This document shows positions 48,389-57,896 of a stretch of 64,000 bases of DNA, piece by piece. This stretch comes from Patescibacteria group bacterium (GTDB taxonomy: Bacteria > Patescibacteriota > Minisyncoccia > Moranbacterales > UBA2206). The stretch spans positions 323,016 to 387,015 of the forward strand of contig JAKLFF010000001.1 in the NCBI GenBank assembly GCA_022711335.1, read 5' to 3'. How positions within the stretch are numbered: position 1 is the stretch's first letter; every line of letters starts with the position of its first letter. A program made the translations under genes and the position numbers. The notes under the pieces were generated by a model. It made no database searches and was not told the origin of the DNA. It saw only the letters and a program-made list of their open reading frames with translations.

Positions 48389-48943
48389 ATGAAAGAACAA
48401 ATATTATTCATTACTGGAAACACCAAAAAGGCTGAAGAAGTCAAGGCGATAACAGGGCTTGATGTATCGGCAAGAAATTTGGATATCCCAGAAATTCAAT
48501 CGTTGGACGTCGAAGAAGTCGCCAAGGCAAAAGCTTTGTCGGCTTTCGAAATCACCAACTCGCCTGTTATTGTTGATGACACAGGAATGAGCATCGATTC
48601 CCTTAATGGATTGCCAGGGGCATTGGTAGCTTGGTTTCTGGATAACCTTAAGCCAGAAGGTATTCTCAAGATTTTGGCAAATGAAGAAAACCGCAAAGCT
48701 TCTGTTTGCACTTGCATCGCCTACGCTGATCAAAACGGAGTTTTTGTTTTCACTGGAACAGTCAATGGAAGAGTGTCCAAATCCCTAATGGGAGAGAATG
48801 GATTTGGATATGATCCAATTTTTATCCCCGACGGTAGCGACAAAACTTATGCCGAAATGACTGCGGATGAAAAAAATGAGATATCTATGAGAAAGATTGC
48901 CCTGCTGAAATTCAAAGATTTTATAATGTCAGAAAGGGCATAG
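48389..48943 (+). CDS. rdgB: Non-canonical purine NTP pyrophosphatase (ITPase, RdgB/HAM1 family)
   Basis: ILFITGNTKK N-terminus, …FGYDPIF…, and C-terminal …EMTADEKNEISMR… typical of RdgB. Start ATG at 48389 with SD. The track ORF begins earlier, at 48344. Confidence 0.8.
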   Translation: MKEQILFITGNTKKAEEVKAITGLDVSARNLDIPEIQSLDVEEVAKAKALSAFEITNSPVIVDDTGMSIDSLNGLPGALVAWFLDNLKPEGILKILANEENRKASVCTCIAYADQNGVFVFTGTVNGRVSKSLMGENGFGYDPIFIPDGSDKTYAEMTADEKNEISMRKIALLKFKDFIMSERA

Positions 48944-49107
48944 CAACTACATCCAGCTCGAAGTTCGTCTTAATGCAATTCTATTGAGACGGACTTTTTT
49001 TATTTATCACTAGAGCTAGAAGGGGCTGTAATTGACCAATAACAGTTGCAGGATCAGGCAATTCTTCTAGCCAAGAAAAAGTTTGAAAGCTGTCCTGCCA
49101 AGCGAGC

Positions 49108-49145
49108 CAATAAAAATTACGAATTGCTTACGTAATTTTTTTATC
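49108..49145 (+). terminator. Rho-independent terminator-like hairpin
   Basis: AATTACG-aattgctta-CGTAATT followed by T7. Confidence 0.45.
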
Positions 49146-49250
49146 AAAAAAAGGTATTTTGACTCTTTTCTGCTCCCTATGAAACAACTTTAAAACACGC
49201 TCGATTTAGGATATAATAAAATCATAAAATAAAAAATTTACATATCTCAA

Positions 49251-50237
49251 ATGGTTCAGAAAGCCATAACATTTTTTAGTGTTCGAAGAAATTTTCGAAT
49301 ATTGTTTTTTGTTTTGTCCATTTTTGTTTTTTCCTTTCTTTTTTCTCACTCGGCCCAGGCTTCCTATACCGCTCAATACTGGAATATTGCCGCTGGTTCT
49401 TCACCAGATTTTCCCACTAGTTCGCCCAAATATACAACTACAACTGACGATATCAATTTCAACTGGGGAGAATTTTCACCAGTCTACGGCATAATCAATG
49501 CCAACGGCTTTACTACCCGTTGAACAGAAACAAAAACTTTTTCCGCCGGCATCTATTATTTTTCCGCCACAGCTGATGACGGCATCCGAGCATACATCGA
49601 CGACACGGAAATATTTAACTCCTGGATAGACCAGGGGTCGACATCTTACAGCAACACAAAAACCATCAGCGCCGGTTCTCATACCGTTAAAGTAGAGTAT
49701 TATGAAAATAGCAGCGACGCTGTTTGCCGGTTTTCCTATTACAAATTAAACCCCAGCATTTCTACCTTCTCCCCTTCCGACAATGCCACCGGCATCAGCC
49801 CGACCACAGAATTAAAGCTAAGCTTCGATCAAACTGTCTATACTTCCGATTCCGACAACAATGATATTGTTATTAAAAAAGCCTCTGATAATTCAACAGT
49901 TGAAACTATCTATACTAAAGACGCTACAGTCTCCGGCTCCGGGCCATCCACTATAACAATTAACCCTTCCGTAACACTTGCTGATTTAACCAATTATTAC
50001 ATCCAAATCAGCTCCAATGCTTTCTATAATGGTTCCGGAGATTATTATTCTGGAATAAGCGATACAACGACCTGGAATTTTACCACGAACAAATTAGGAT
50101 ATCTAGATAAAGAAAATATCACCGGCACTTATGGAATGATTACTACTAAAGCAGTCAAGAAATTCCAATCCGACAATGGAATCGAGCCGACTGGATTTTT
50201 CGGTCAGTTAACAAGAGCGAAACTAGAGAAAAGTTGA
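49251..50237 (+). pseudogene. Secreted PA14-domain / Ig-like / peptidoglycan-binding protein interrupted by one in-frame TGA (49521-49523) at a conserved Trp position
   Basis: Signal peptide, then PA14 consensus …GFTTR[TGA]TETKTFSAGIYYFSATADDGIRAYIDD…VEYYE…, matching the F[ST]ARW-G…DDG…IDG core with W at the stop position. The downstream 237 codons stay open in the same frame to a TGA at 50235. C-terminal YGMITTKAVKKFQSDNGIEPTGFFG resembles a PG-binding domain. Confidence 0.6.
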
Positions 50238-50341
50238 AGTAGGGACTGACTTCTTCCAAAATGCAAAGCGTGCTAAAAAAGAGGTGGTTGCCTCTTTTTT
50301 GATAGAATAAGCATATTTAGCCTTTTTTTCTGTCCAAAACT

Positions 50342-50932
50342 TCAAATAAGCACGCCTTTAAGAAAATCGTAAGCCTGTGTTGAAAAATACGCAAGAGCAA
50401 TATTGAAAATCAAATTGCCCGTTCCCAACGGCACCATTACCTTCCAAAAAGGATAGCGCGACATACCCATAGAGATAACGATAAAATCATTGGAAAAAGG
50501 AGAGCAAGATCCATAAAGCAGAAAAAACAGGGGCAGAATTTTGGGATATCGAAGGGCCAGCGAACGGACAAACTCTAAAACCTTATGCAACGTTTTGGGG
50601 ATAATAACGCTTCCCTGATATCCTATATAATATGAAGTTGAATCTCCCAGCATTACACCGGCCGCAGTTGAAAATCCAAGAGACAGAGGATTAAGCCCTC
50701 CTACAGCTAAAGTAACCAGAACTAAATGGTAGGGAATTCCGCTGAAAGTGGTTATTCCTCCCAAAAAAGCCAGAATAAAAATAAGCAAATAGGCGTTTTC
50801 GACGCCAATCATGGCAATCAGCTTCTCTGGCGAAGAGTATAGATAGGAAAAAACTGAGAAACTGATAAAAAGCAGAATCAATGCAATTCTCGGAAAATAT
50901 TTTAGTATTTTTTTCTTTTCCATTGGAAACAT
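50342..50932 (-). CDS. Polytopic membrane protein (DedA/TVP38-like?), hypothetical
   Basis: 5-6 TM helices. Weak resemblance to the DedA family only. Confidence 0.35.
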   Translation of the reverse strand: MFPMEKKKILKYFPRIALILLFISFSVFSYLYSSPEKLIAMIGVENAYLLIFILAFLGGITTFSGIPYHLVLVTLAVGGLNPLSLGFSTAAGVMLGDSTSYYIGYQGSVIIPKTLHKVLEFVRSLALRYPKILPLFFLLYGSCSPFSNDFIVISMGMSRYPFWKVMVPLGTGNLIFNIALAYFSTQAYDFLKGVLI

Positions 50933-50948
50933 GCTTATTATTTAGGAT

Positions 50949-51422
50949 TTATCTCGAAAAATGAGGCCAAAAATCTCCCGGATTTCGACGATCATTCTGG
51001 TCAAAAACGCGAATAAGCCTGGATTCAATCTGCCCTTTTTCATTTAGACGGCCGAAAACAATTACCTCATCGCCGACTTTTAAAGCATCTTTTACAGTGC
51101 CTGCCCCTTTTTTTACAACGGTGTTCCCGTCAATTAAAACTTCCTTTTTTTCATTGCTGCGACCTTGAATTGTAAAAATATCGCTATTTATTTCAATAAT
51201 TTTTCCAAAATACTGGTCGCCTGCCCAGCGGTCTCTTTTGACATTGACAATAAATACAACCGCGTTAAAAATCAGCGCTAGAATAAATAGGCCGGCAAAA
51301 ATAACTACTGCCTTCCTAAAAATGCTGCACCTGTTTTTTGCGTTTGTTTCACCGAAATTATAATTGGCGCCAATATTTTTTTTATCTTGTGGCATAATTA
51401 TTAAGATTAGTTCTATTATCAA
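50949..51422 (-). CDS. Membrane-anchored small beta-rich protein (DUF5666-like; paralog of 55391..55879)
   Basis: N-terminal TM, then …IIEINSDIFTIQG…VLIDGNTVVKKG…LKVGDEVIVFGRLNEKGQIESRLIRVFD. Shares the C-terminal LIRVFD and domain pattern with 55391..55879. Confidence 0.4.
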   Translation of the reverse strand: MIIELILIIMPQDKKNIGANYNFGETNAKNRCSIFRKAVVIFAGLFILALIFNAVVFIVNVKRDRWAGDQYFGKIIEINSDIFTIQGRSNEKKEVLIDGNTVVKKGAGTVKDALKVGDEVIVFGRLNEKGQIESRLIRVFDQNDRRNPGDFWPHFSR

Positions 51423-51547
51423 GTTAATTCTAGCCAGTTTGCCAAAAATTGCAACTGACTCTTATTCAATAGCCTGTTGTTTGTTTATGAAATATAGGTT
51501 AGAATTTTTATGTTATTCTGATTCAAAAAAATAACACAAACAAACAT

Positions 51548-52355
51548 ATGATCATCGATACTCACACTCACGTTTGCAGCCCGAAAACCCTGGAAGATTA
51601 CAGAAAAAAATCAAAAAATATGGTTTCTAAAATTATTGCCATACCTTTTTTTGAAAATCCTCCGAAAGTCGGAGAGGAAATAGAAAATCTTCTTTTGTTT
51701 TCAGAGAAAGAGCCGTCTATTTTCCCAACCGGGTGTTTTAACATGGAAAACGGCCTCAAAAGCCAGCTTGAATTTCACGAAAGGCTATTTTCGAGAGAAA
51801 AAATTTGCGCCGTGAAACTTTTTCCCGGATATCAGCAATTTTATCCCTCTGACGATAAAGTACTTTTTATTGCCAGGCTTTGCGAAAAATATAACCGGCC
51901 TCTTATTTTCCATTCCGGTGATTTTTATGATCCGGAAAACAAAAGTTTTTTAAAATATTCCCATCCTGCCCACATAGACGAACTGGCCGTAAAATCTCCT
52001 CGGACAAAAATAATCATTTCTCATTTCGGATTTCCCTATTTTTTAGAAACCGCCAATATAGTTTCCAAAAATAAAAATGTTTATACCGATATCTCAGGAA
52101 CCATTGATGATTGGGAGATATCGAAAAAAGAAATAAAAAAACCTGGCTAAACAATATGTGGCTGATTTAAAAAGAGTTTTCAACTACTATCCTGATATAA
52201 AAAGAAAGGTTATGTTTGCAACTGATTACAGCGGAGAAAATACCGATCTTAAGCTCGTAATTCCCTATATGAAAGTGATAAAAAAACTTTTTAGCAAAGA
52301 GGAGCAGAAAAGCGCCTTTTGCGGCCTGGCAGAAGAATTATTTTTTAGACAATAA
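51548..52355 (+). pseudogene. Amidohydrolase-2-family metal-dependent hydrolase split by a +1 frameshift in an A7 run (52135-52141)
   Basis: N-terminal MIIDTHTHV (HxH metal site) in ORF1 (51548..52150). The C-terminal …VMFATDYSG… is in ORF2 (52158..52355, GTG-start in the track). Removing one A gives a continuous protein …EIKNLAKQYVADLKRVF…. Confidence 0.6.
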
Positions 52356-52445
52356 TAAAAAACAATCAGCGTTTCAATCCGGATTTTGCGTCCGGATTTT
52401 GCCTTTTATTGCCATAATAGTTTTTAAGTGCTAGACTCGGAAGAT

Positions 52446-54230
52446 ATGGAAATTAGAAATATCGCCATTATCGCCCACGTAGATCATGGGAAAACCACTA
52501 TCACTGATGCCATCATGAAGCAAACCGGAATGACAAGCGATGAAGCCGCCAGCATGGATTCCAATGATCTTGAAAAGGAGCGCGGAATAACTATTTATTC
52601 CAAAAACGCTTCGGTTTTTTATCGTGGAACAAAAATCAATATTGTGGATACGCCAGGCCACGCCGATTTTGGATCGGAAGTTGAACGCGTGCTCCGTTCA
52701 ATAGACAGCGTATTGCTTGTAGTTGACGCCCAGGAAGGGCCGATGCCTCAAACTCGTTTTGTCCTCAAAAAGTCGCTGGAGCTGGGGCTTAAGCCGATTG
52801 TTGTGATAAACAAAATCGACAAACCGGCAGCCGACCCTGATCTCGTTCAAGAACAAGTTTTTGAATTATTTTTAGATTTGGGAGCGAGTGACGAACAGCT
52901 TGATTTTACCGTAGTTTATACCATCGGAAAGCAGGGCATTGCTAAAATTCATCTTGGAGATAATTCTGACAGTTTATCTCCCCTGCTTGACACTATTCTT
53001 CTTAAAGTAAAGCCCGCGCCGTCCAAAATTGACGCTCCTTTCCGTTTTCAGCCGTTCAATCTCGGATATGATAATTTCTTGGGACGGCTGGCTATCGGAA
53101 GAATACATGAAGGAACGATTGAAATTGGAAAAAATTTGGTTCTCAAAAAAAATGACGGCGAAGCCGAAGCTGGAAAAGTCACCAAACTTTTTACTTTTCA
53201 CGGCCTTGAACGAAAAGAAGTGGAAAAGGCCCTAGCCGGAGACATTGCAATGATCGCCGGATTTCCCGGAATTGACATTGGAGAAACTCTTTGTGAAAGC
53301 GCCAGCCAAGATGCTCTTCCGGCCATAACCGTAGACGAACCGACAATTTCGCTTAATTTCCTGGTCAACACATCCCCTTTCGCCGGACGCGAAGGAAAAT
53401 TCGTTACCAACAAACAACTTCGCGAGCGCCTGGAGAAAGAAATCGAAGTAAATGTAGGCCTGAAAATAGATTTTTCTTCTGACTCATACAAGGTTTATGG
53501 CCGAGGAGAATTGCATATAGCCATCCTTCTTGAAAACATGCGGCGCGAAGGCTATGAAGTCCAAGTTTCAAAACCCCAGGTTATCATCAAGGAAACGAAA
53601 GATGGAAAACTTGAGCCTCATGAAGAAGTAACCATCGATTCTCCCGCTCAGCTTTCTGGGACTGTTATCGAAAAGCTGGGAAAAAGGAAAGGCATTATGA
53701 AAGATATGAAAAATATAGGCTCGCAGACCCGAATGATTTTCGAAATTCCAACCAGAGGGCTTCTGGGATACCGCAGCGAATTTATTGTTGATACTCGCGG
53801 AGAAGGAATACTCTGCTCGAGATTTATTGGCTACGGGCCTTACGCCGGAGAAATAAAAAAGAGCGATTTGGGATCCATGATTTCCATGGCATCCGGCAAA
53901 GCTTTGGGATTCTCGCTTGCCAACCTTCAAAATCGCGGAACGCTTTATATTGAACCAGCCACGGAAGTTTATGAAGGCATGGTTATTGGAAATACCTCAA
54001 AAGGCGCCGATATGGCTGTTAATCCCATAAAGGGAAAGCAACTTACCAATATGCGCGCCTCCGGAACAGATGAATCTATCCAACTTACTCCGCCTCAAAT
54101 TCTTACTATTGAAAAAGGACTGGAAATAATTTCCGACGATGAATATCTGGAAATCACCCCCAAATCCGTACGCCTTCGAAAACAGCATCTCACCGAAATA
54201 GACAGAAAAAGAGCTGGGAGAAAAAACTAA
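52446..54230 (+). CDS. typA: Translational GTPase TypA/BipA
   Basis: G1 [10 protein letters not shown]3 DTPGH, G4 NKID, then EF-G-like domains. ~594 aa from [18 protein letters not shown]. Confidence 0.85.
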   Translation: MEIRNIAIIAHVDHGKTTITDAIMKQTGMTSDEAASMDSNDLEKERGITIYSKNASVFYRGTKINIVDTPGHADFGSEVERVLRSIDSVLLVVDAQEGPMPQTRFVLKKSLELGLKPIVVINKIDKPAADPDLVQEQVFELFLDLGASDEQLDFTVVYTIGKQGIAKIHLGDNSDSLSPLLDTILLKVKPAPSKIDAPFRFQPFNLGYDNFLGRLAIGRIHEGTIEIGKNLVLKKNDGEAEAGKVTKLFTFHGLERKEVEKALAGDIAMIAGFPGIDIGETLCESASQDALPAITVDEPTISLNFLVNTSPFAGREGKFVTNKQLRERLEKEIEVNVGLKIDFSSDSYKVYGRGELHIAILLENMRREGYEVQVSKPQVIIKETKDGKLEPHEEVTIDSPAQLSGTVIEKLGKRKGIMKDMKNIGSQTRMIFEIPTRGLLGYRSEFIVDTRGEGILCSRFIGYGPYAGEIKKSDLGSMISMASGKALGFSLANLQNRGTLYIEPATEVYEGMVIGNTSKGADMAVNPIKGKQLTNMRASGTDESIQLTPPQILTIEKGLEIISDDEYLEITPKSVRLRKQHLTEIDRKRAGRKN

Positions 54231-54307
54231 GATATCCAAATTTGCCAGGTAAGCAAAAAATTGTCTTGGCTTTTTTTATTATCCGATAATGTATTATACT
54301 TGCTAAT

Positions 54308-54859
54308 ATGGATTGTAATGATAATGATCTTATTGAAAATTTTCTGGCCGGAGACGACTCGGCTTTTTCCGAGCTCGTAAAAAAATACTTGAAACCCGTT
54401 TATAATTTCCTCTATCATTTTGTAACTGATCGCGAAGCGCTGGATGACATCACGCAAGAGACTTTTATAAAAGCTTGGAAAAATATCGGAAAATTCGACC
54501 AAGAAAAAAAATTTAAGACTTGGATTTTTACTATCGCCAAAAATACCGCTTACGACTGGCTCAAAAAAAAGAAAACTATTCCGTTTTCAAATTTTACCGA
54601 CGAAGAAGGCAACAATAAATTGGATAACATCGGGGATGAATCAATCCTTTCCGATGAACTCTTAATCCGCGCCGACTCAGCCAAAATACTCGAGGAAAAA
54701 TTAAAAGTACTTCCGGATATTTACCGGATAATTCTCATTATGCATTATAAAGAAGATTTTTCCCTCCAGGAAATCGCAAAAATTCTAGGGAAACCCTACA
54801 ATACCATAAAAAGCCAGCATCAAAGAGGGTTAAAAATACTAAAAGATACATTTTTTTAA
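54308..54859 (+). CDS. ECF-type sigma-70 family sigma factor
   Basis: Region 2 (…DITQETFIKAW…) and region 4 HTH (…FSLQEIAKILGKPYNTIKSQHQRGLKIL…). Confidence 0.8.
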   Translation: MDCNDNDLIENFLAGDDSAFSELVKKYLKPVYNFLYHFVTDREALDDITQETFIKAWKNIGKFDQEKKFKTWIFTIAKNTAYDWLKKKKTIPFSNFTDEEGNNKLDNIGDESILSDELLIRADSAKILEEKLKVLPDIYRIILIMHYKEDFSLQEIAKILGKPYNTIKSQHQRGLKILKDTFF

Positions 54860-54913
54860 AATTTTAAAAAATATTGTTTGCGTCTCGAATAACAATTTAA
54901 TCGTACTACCAGC

Positions 54914-55315
54914 ATGAATACTCTTCGTACTATCTTCAAAAAAATATCCGCGTTTGAACCATCTATTGGCTTAGAAAAGCGAATTATTGAAAAAATTGCT
55001 TTGCAAAATAAATTGGCCTTGAGACGAAAATTGGCCTTTATTTATACCGGTTTTATAGCATCATCTGGAGTTTTTATCTGGGCTATTTTCACTCTTGGAA
55101 AAGTTATTTATCAGTCAGCTTTTTGGGACTTGGCCGCTCTTTTCTTCTCGGATACCGGATTAATAATTCAAAATTGGAGTAGTTTCGCCTATTCGCTTAT
55201 GGAAACTCTGCCAATATTTGGAATTGTTGCGATATTAATTCCTATTTTTGCTTTATTTATGTTAATAAGCGCGTATTTCAAGGCGATCAATCATAATCAT
55301 TATAAATTTATATAA
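54914..55315 (+). CDS. Membrane protein downstream of the ECF sigma gene (putative anti-sigma factor)
   Basis: 133 aa with 3 TM helices. Position and size are consistent with an anti-sigma role. No zinc-finger motif. Confidence 0.35.
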   Translation: MNTLRTIFKKISAFEPSIGLEKRIIEKIALQNKLALRRKLAFIYTGFIASSGVFIWAIFTLGKVIYQSAFWDLAALFFSDTGLIIQNWSSFAYSLMETLPIFGIVAILIPIFALFMLISAYFKAINHNHYKFI

Positions 55316-55326
55316 TATACACCAGC

Positions 55327-55357
55327 TTGTCATCCCCGACTTGATCAGGAATGACAA
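55327..55357. repeat. Small inverted-repeat element copy C (31-bp mini variant)
   Basis: TTGTCATCCCCGACTTGATCAGGAATGACAA. Same TTGTCAT/ATGACAA termini. Confidence 0.45.
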
Positions 55358-55390
55358 TTAATAAGTATTCTAAATTTTAAGTTAAATTTT

Positions 55391-55879
55391 ATGAACGAAC
55401 TATTAAAATCTAAAAAATTCAAAATGGCTTCTGGAATTGTCGGGGCCTTGATCCTGGCCTTTATTATTTTCGGCGCCGGAGTGTCAGTCGGAATCCATAA
55501 AGCCCGCTTTTCGTACAAATTCGGCGAAAACTATGAAAGAAATTTTATGGGGCCAAGAGACAAAGGACCAATGGGAAAACCAATGGGATTTTTCCGCGAT
55601 ATGGAAGGCCGGGATTTTCGAAACGGACATGGAATTGCTGGCAGCATAGTGTCAATCTCTGATAACACTATCATTATTAAAGATTCGGAAAACAAGGAAA
55701 CTTCCATTGCAGTGAATGACAAAACTGCCATCAAAGACCGACGGGATGATATAAAAATAACCGATCTCAAACGGGATGAAAAAATCGTAGTTCTCGGAAA
55801 GCCAGGAGACAATGGGGTTATTAATGCTGACCTGATCCGAGTTTTTGACAATAATCCGAATAATAATCCACAAAATTAA
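55391..55879 (+). CDS. Membrane-anchored beta-rich protein (DUF5666-like), paralog of 50949..51422
   Basis: N-terminal TM, then …GSIVSISDNTIIIKDSENKETSIAVNDKTAI…LKRDEKIVVLGKPGDNGVINADLIRVFD. Confidence 0.4.
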   Translation: MNELLKSKKFKMASGIVGALILAFIIFGAGVSVGIHKARFSYKFGENYERNFMGPRDKGPMGKPMGFFRDMEGRDFRNGHGIAGSIVSISDNTIIIKDSENKETSIAVNDKTAIKDRRDDIKITDLKRDEKIVVLGKPGDNGVINADLIRVFDNNPNNNPQN

Positions 55880-55880
55880 T

Positions 55881-57044
55881 ATGAAATTATCTGAATTAGC
55901 GAAAAAAAATAAAAAATATATCATAATCGCCACAATCATACTAATAGCCGGGGGGTACTATTGGTATAGCAAATCCAGCTCCAAAAATACTGCGGTGCAA
56001 TACAAAACTGCCACAGTTGAAAAAGGAACATTGGCTGTTTCTGTTTCCGGATCTGGAAATGTAATCGTCGATCAAAGTTCCAATATCGATCCCACAATCA
56101 CCGGAACAGTTCAGAATCTTTCGGTCTCTGTCGGAGATAAAGTGGAAAAAGGGCAATTTCTTTTTGATATCAAAAATGATGATTTAAGTTTAAATGTTAC
56201 TAAAGCATATGCTTCCTATCTTTCATCATTGCAATCATTAGAGTCGGCTAAGGCCAACAAAAAAGAAGCTCGAACCAATCTTGATGAAGCAAATTCGACA
56301 AATAAATCAGCTCTGAAAAAAAAACATGAAGCGGCACAAATTGCGGTTTCTGCGGCCGAAGAAAGTGTAAAATCTGCTTTGCAAAACTACCAGAATGAAA
56401 AATCAAACTATTCCGACAGAAAAGTAACTGCCCCCATTTCTGGAACAGTCAATGAAATCAATATCAAAAATGGAGACGATTTAAGCAAGCTTTCATCGGG
56501 AAGCTCCCGGGAAGTTCCAATAATCATCGGGGATCTCGGAACTATGAAAGCCCAGGTTCAAATTAATGAGGTAGATATTGCAAATGTCAATATCGGACAA
56601 GAAGTTGCCCTTACATTCAGTGCTATTGACGGATTGAATGTCGCCGGAAAAGTAGAAAAGATTGACTCCATAGGAACATTGAGCTCTGGCGTCGTCACAT
56701 ATAACGTAACAATCAATTTTGACACCCTTGATTCAAGAATAAAGCCGGAGATGAGCGTTTCAGCTTCTATAAACACCCAAACTAAACAAGACGTTATTGT
56801 AGTTCCCAGCGGAGCAGTAAAAATCCAAAACGGAGAAAATTATGTAGAAGTCCTAAACAGCGGGCAGACTCCTGTTGAAATAAAAGTAAAAACTGGGGTT
56901 TCTAACGACACGGAAACAGAAATTACAAGCGGACTAAAAACTGGTGATAAGATAGTAACGCAGACTATCGGTTCATCCAGCACGGCTTCGACTTCCAGCT
57001 CATCCAGCAATAAAGGCGGCGGAATGCGCATCCCCGGTTTATAA
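55881..57044 (+). CDS. Periplasmic adaptor (membrane fusion protein, HlyD/MacA-like)
   Basis: N-terminal TM, lipoyl/barrel-sandwich hybrid motifs, long coiled-coil hairpin (…LQSLESAKANKKEARTNLDEANS…), beta-barrel C-domain. Confidence 0.7.
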   Translation: MKLSELAKKNKKYIIIATIILIAGGYYWYSKSSSKNTAVQYKTATVEKGTLAVSVSGSGNVIVDQSSNIDPTITGTVQNLSVSVGDKVEKGQFLFDIKNDDLSLNVTKAYASYLSSLQSLESAKANKKEARTNLDEANSTNKSALKKKHEAAQIAVSAAEESVKSALQNYQNEKSNYSDRKVTAPISGTVNEINIKNGDDLSKLSSGSSREVPIIIGDLGTMKAQVQINEVDIANVNIGQEVALTFSAIDGLNVAGKVEKIDSIGTLSSGVVTYNVTINFDTLDSRIKPEMSVSASINTQTKQDVIVVPSGAVKIQNGENYVEVLNSGQTPVEIKVKTGVSNDTETEITSGLKTGDKIVTQTIGSSSTASTSSSSSNKGGGMRIPGL

Positions 57045-57181
57045 AACTATGACCCGGTAGTGAAATTTCGATTGGCCGAATTCGGCCAAAAATACGGGTT
57101 ATAATAATCTTAATATTTATTCAATAAGGAATTTCTATGTTAAACAATGTGTGATTATCATATCGAAATTTCACTACCGAG

Positions 57182-57880
57182 ATGATTGAATGCAAAAACC
57201 TTGTAAAAACCTATATAAATGGAGATGTTGAAACTAATGCTTTGAATGGAGTTTCTTTTGGAATCAAAAAAGGCGAGTTTGTTTCCATAATCGGCCCGTC
57301 TGGCAGCGGAAAATCAACACTTATGCATATTCTGGGAGCTCTTGACACGCCTACTTCAGGAGAATATTTTATTGACGGCCATGCAGTATCCAAACTTAAT
57401 GACGACGAACTTTCCGAACTTCGCAAAAATAAAATTGGTTTTGTTTTTCAGTCTTTTAATCTGCTTCCCAGGACCACAGTGCTAAGAAATGTTATGCTCC
57501 CACTCCTCTATTCCGGTGTAAACAAGGCAGAAAGAGAAAAGAGAGCCAGGGAATGTCTGAGCTATGCCGGCATGGAAGAAAGCAAGTTTATGAATCTTTC
57601 CAACCAGCTTTCTGGCGGACAAATGCAAAGAGTCGCCATAGCCCGAGCGCTTATCAATAACCCGTCCATAATTCTAGCCGATGAGCCTACGGGAAATCTT
57701 GATACCAAAACTAGCCGCGTTGTTATGGAAGCTTTTAGGGAATTGAACAAAAAAGGACACACCATCATTCTTATCACGCACGAAATGGATGTGGCCGATT
57801 ACGCCAACAGAATCATTCATGTGAGAGATGGAATCATTGAAAAAGATACTCCGAATAATCCAAATGACCATATTATTTAA
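57182..57880 (+). CDS. ABC transporter ATP-binding protein (MacB/LolD-like)
   Basis: Walker [11 protein letters not shown]-loop, signature [15 protein letters not shown], Walker [13 protein letters not shown]-loop ITHE. Confidence 0.85.
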   Translation: MIECKNLVKTYINGDVETNALNGVSFGIKKGEFVSIIGPSGSGKSTLMHILGALDTPTSGEYFIDGHAVSKLNDDELSELRKNKIGFVFQSFNLLPRTTVLRNVMLPLLYSGVNKAEREKRARECLSYAGMEESKFMNLSNQLSGGQMQRVAIARALINNPSIILADEPTGNLDTKTSRVVMEAFRELNKKGHTIILITHEMDVADYANRIIHVRDGIIEKDTPNNPNDHII

Positions 57881-57896
57881 GTACTGGTAAAAAACT

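Noticed and set aside
49521-49523. Possibility that TGA is decoded as Trp (code 4) or Gly (code 25) across this genome, given the TGA at a conserved Trp position in the PA14 gene.
   Set aside because: TGA terminates mraY (23068-23070) and the IS3 orfB (46619-46621). All housekeeping ORFs are full length under the standard code. A code-4 or code-25 genome would instead show many split genes.
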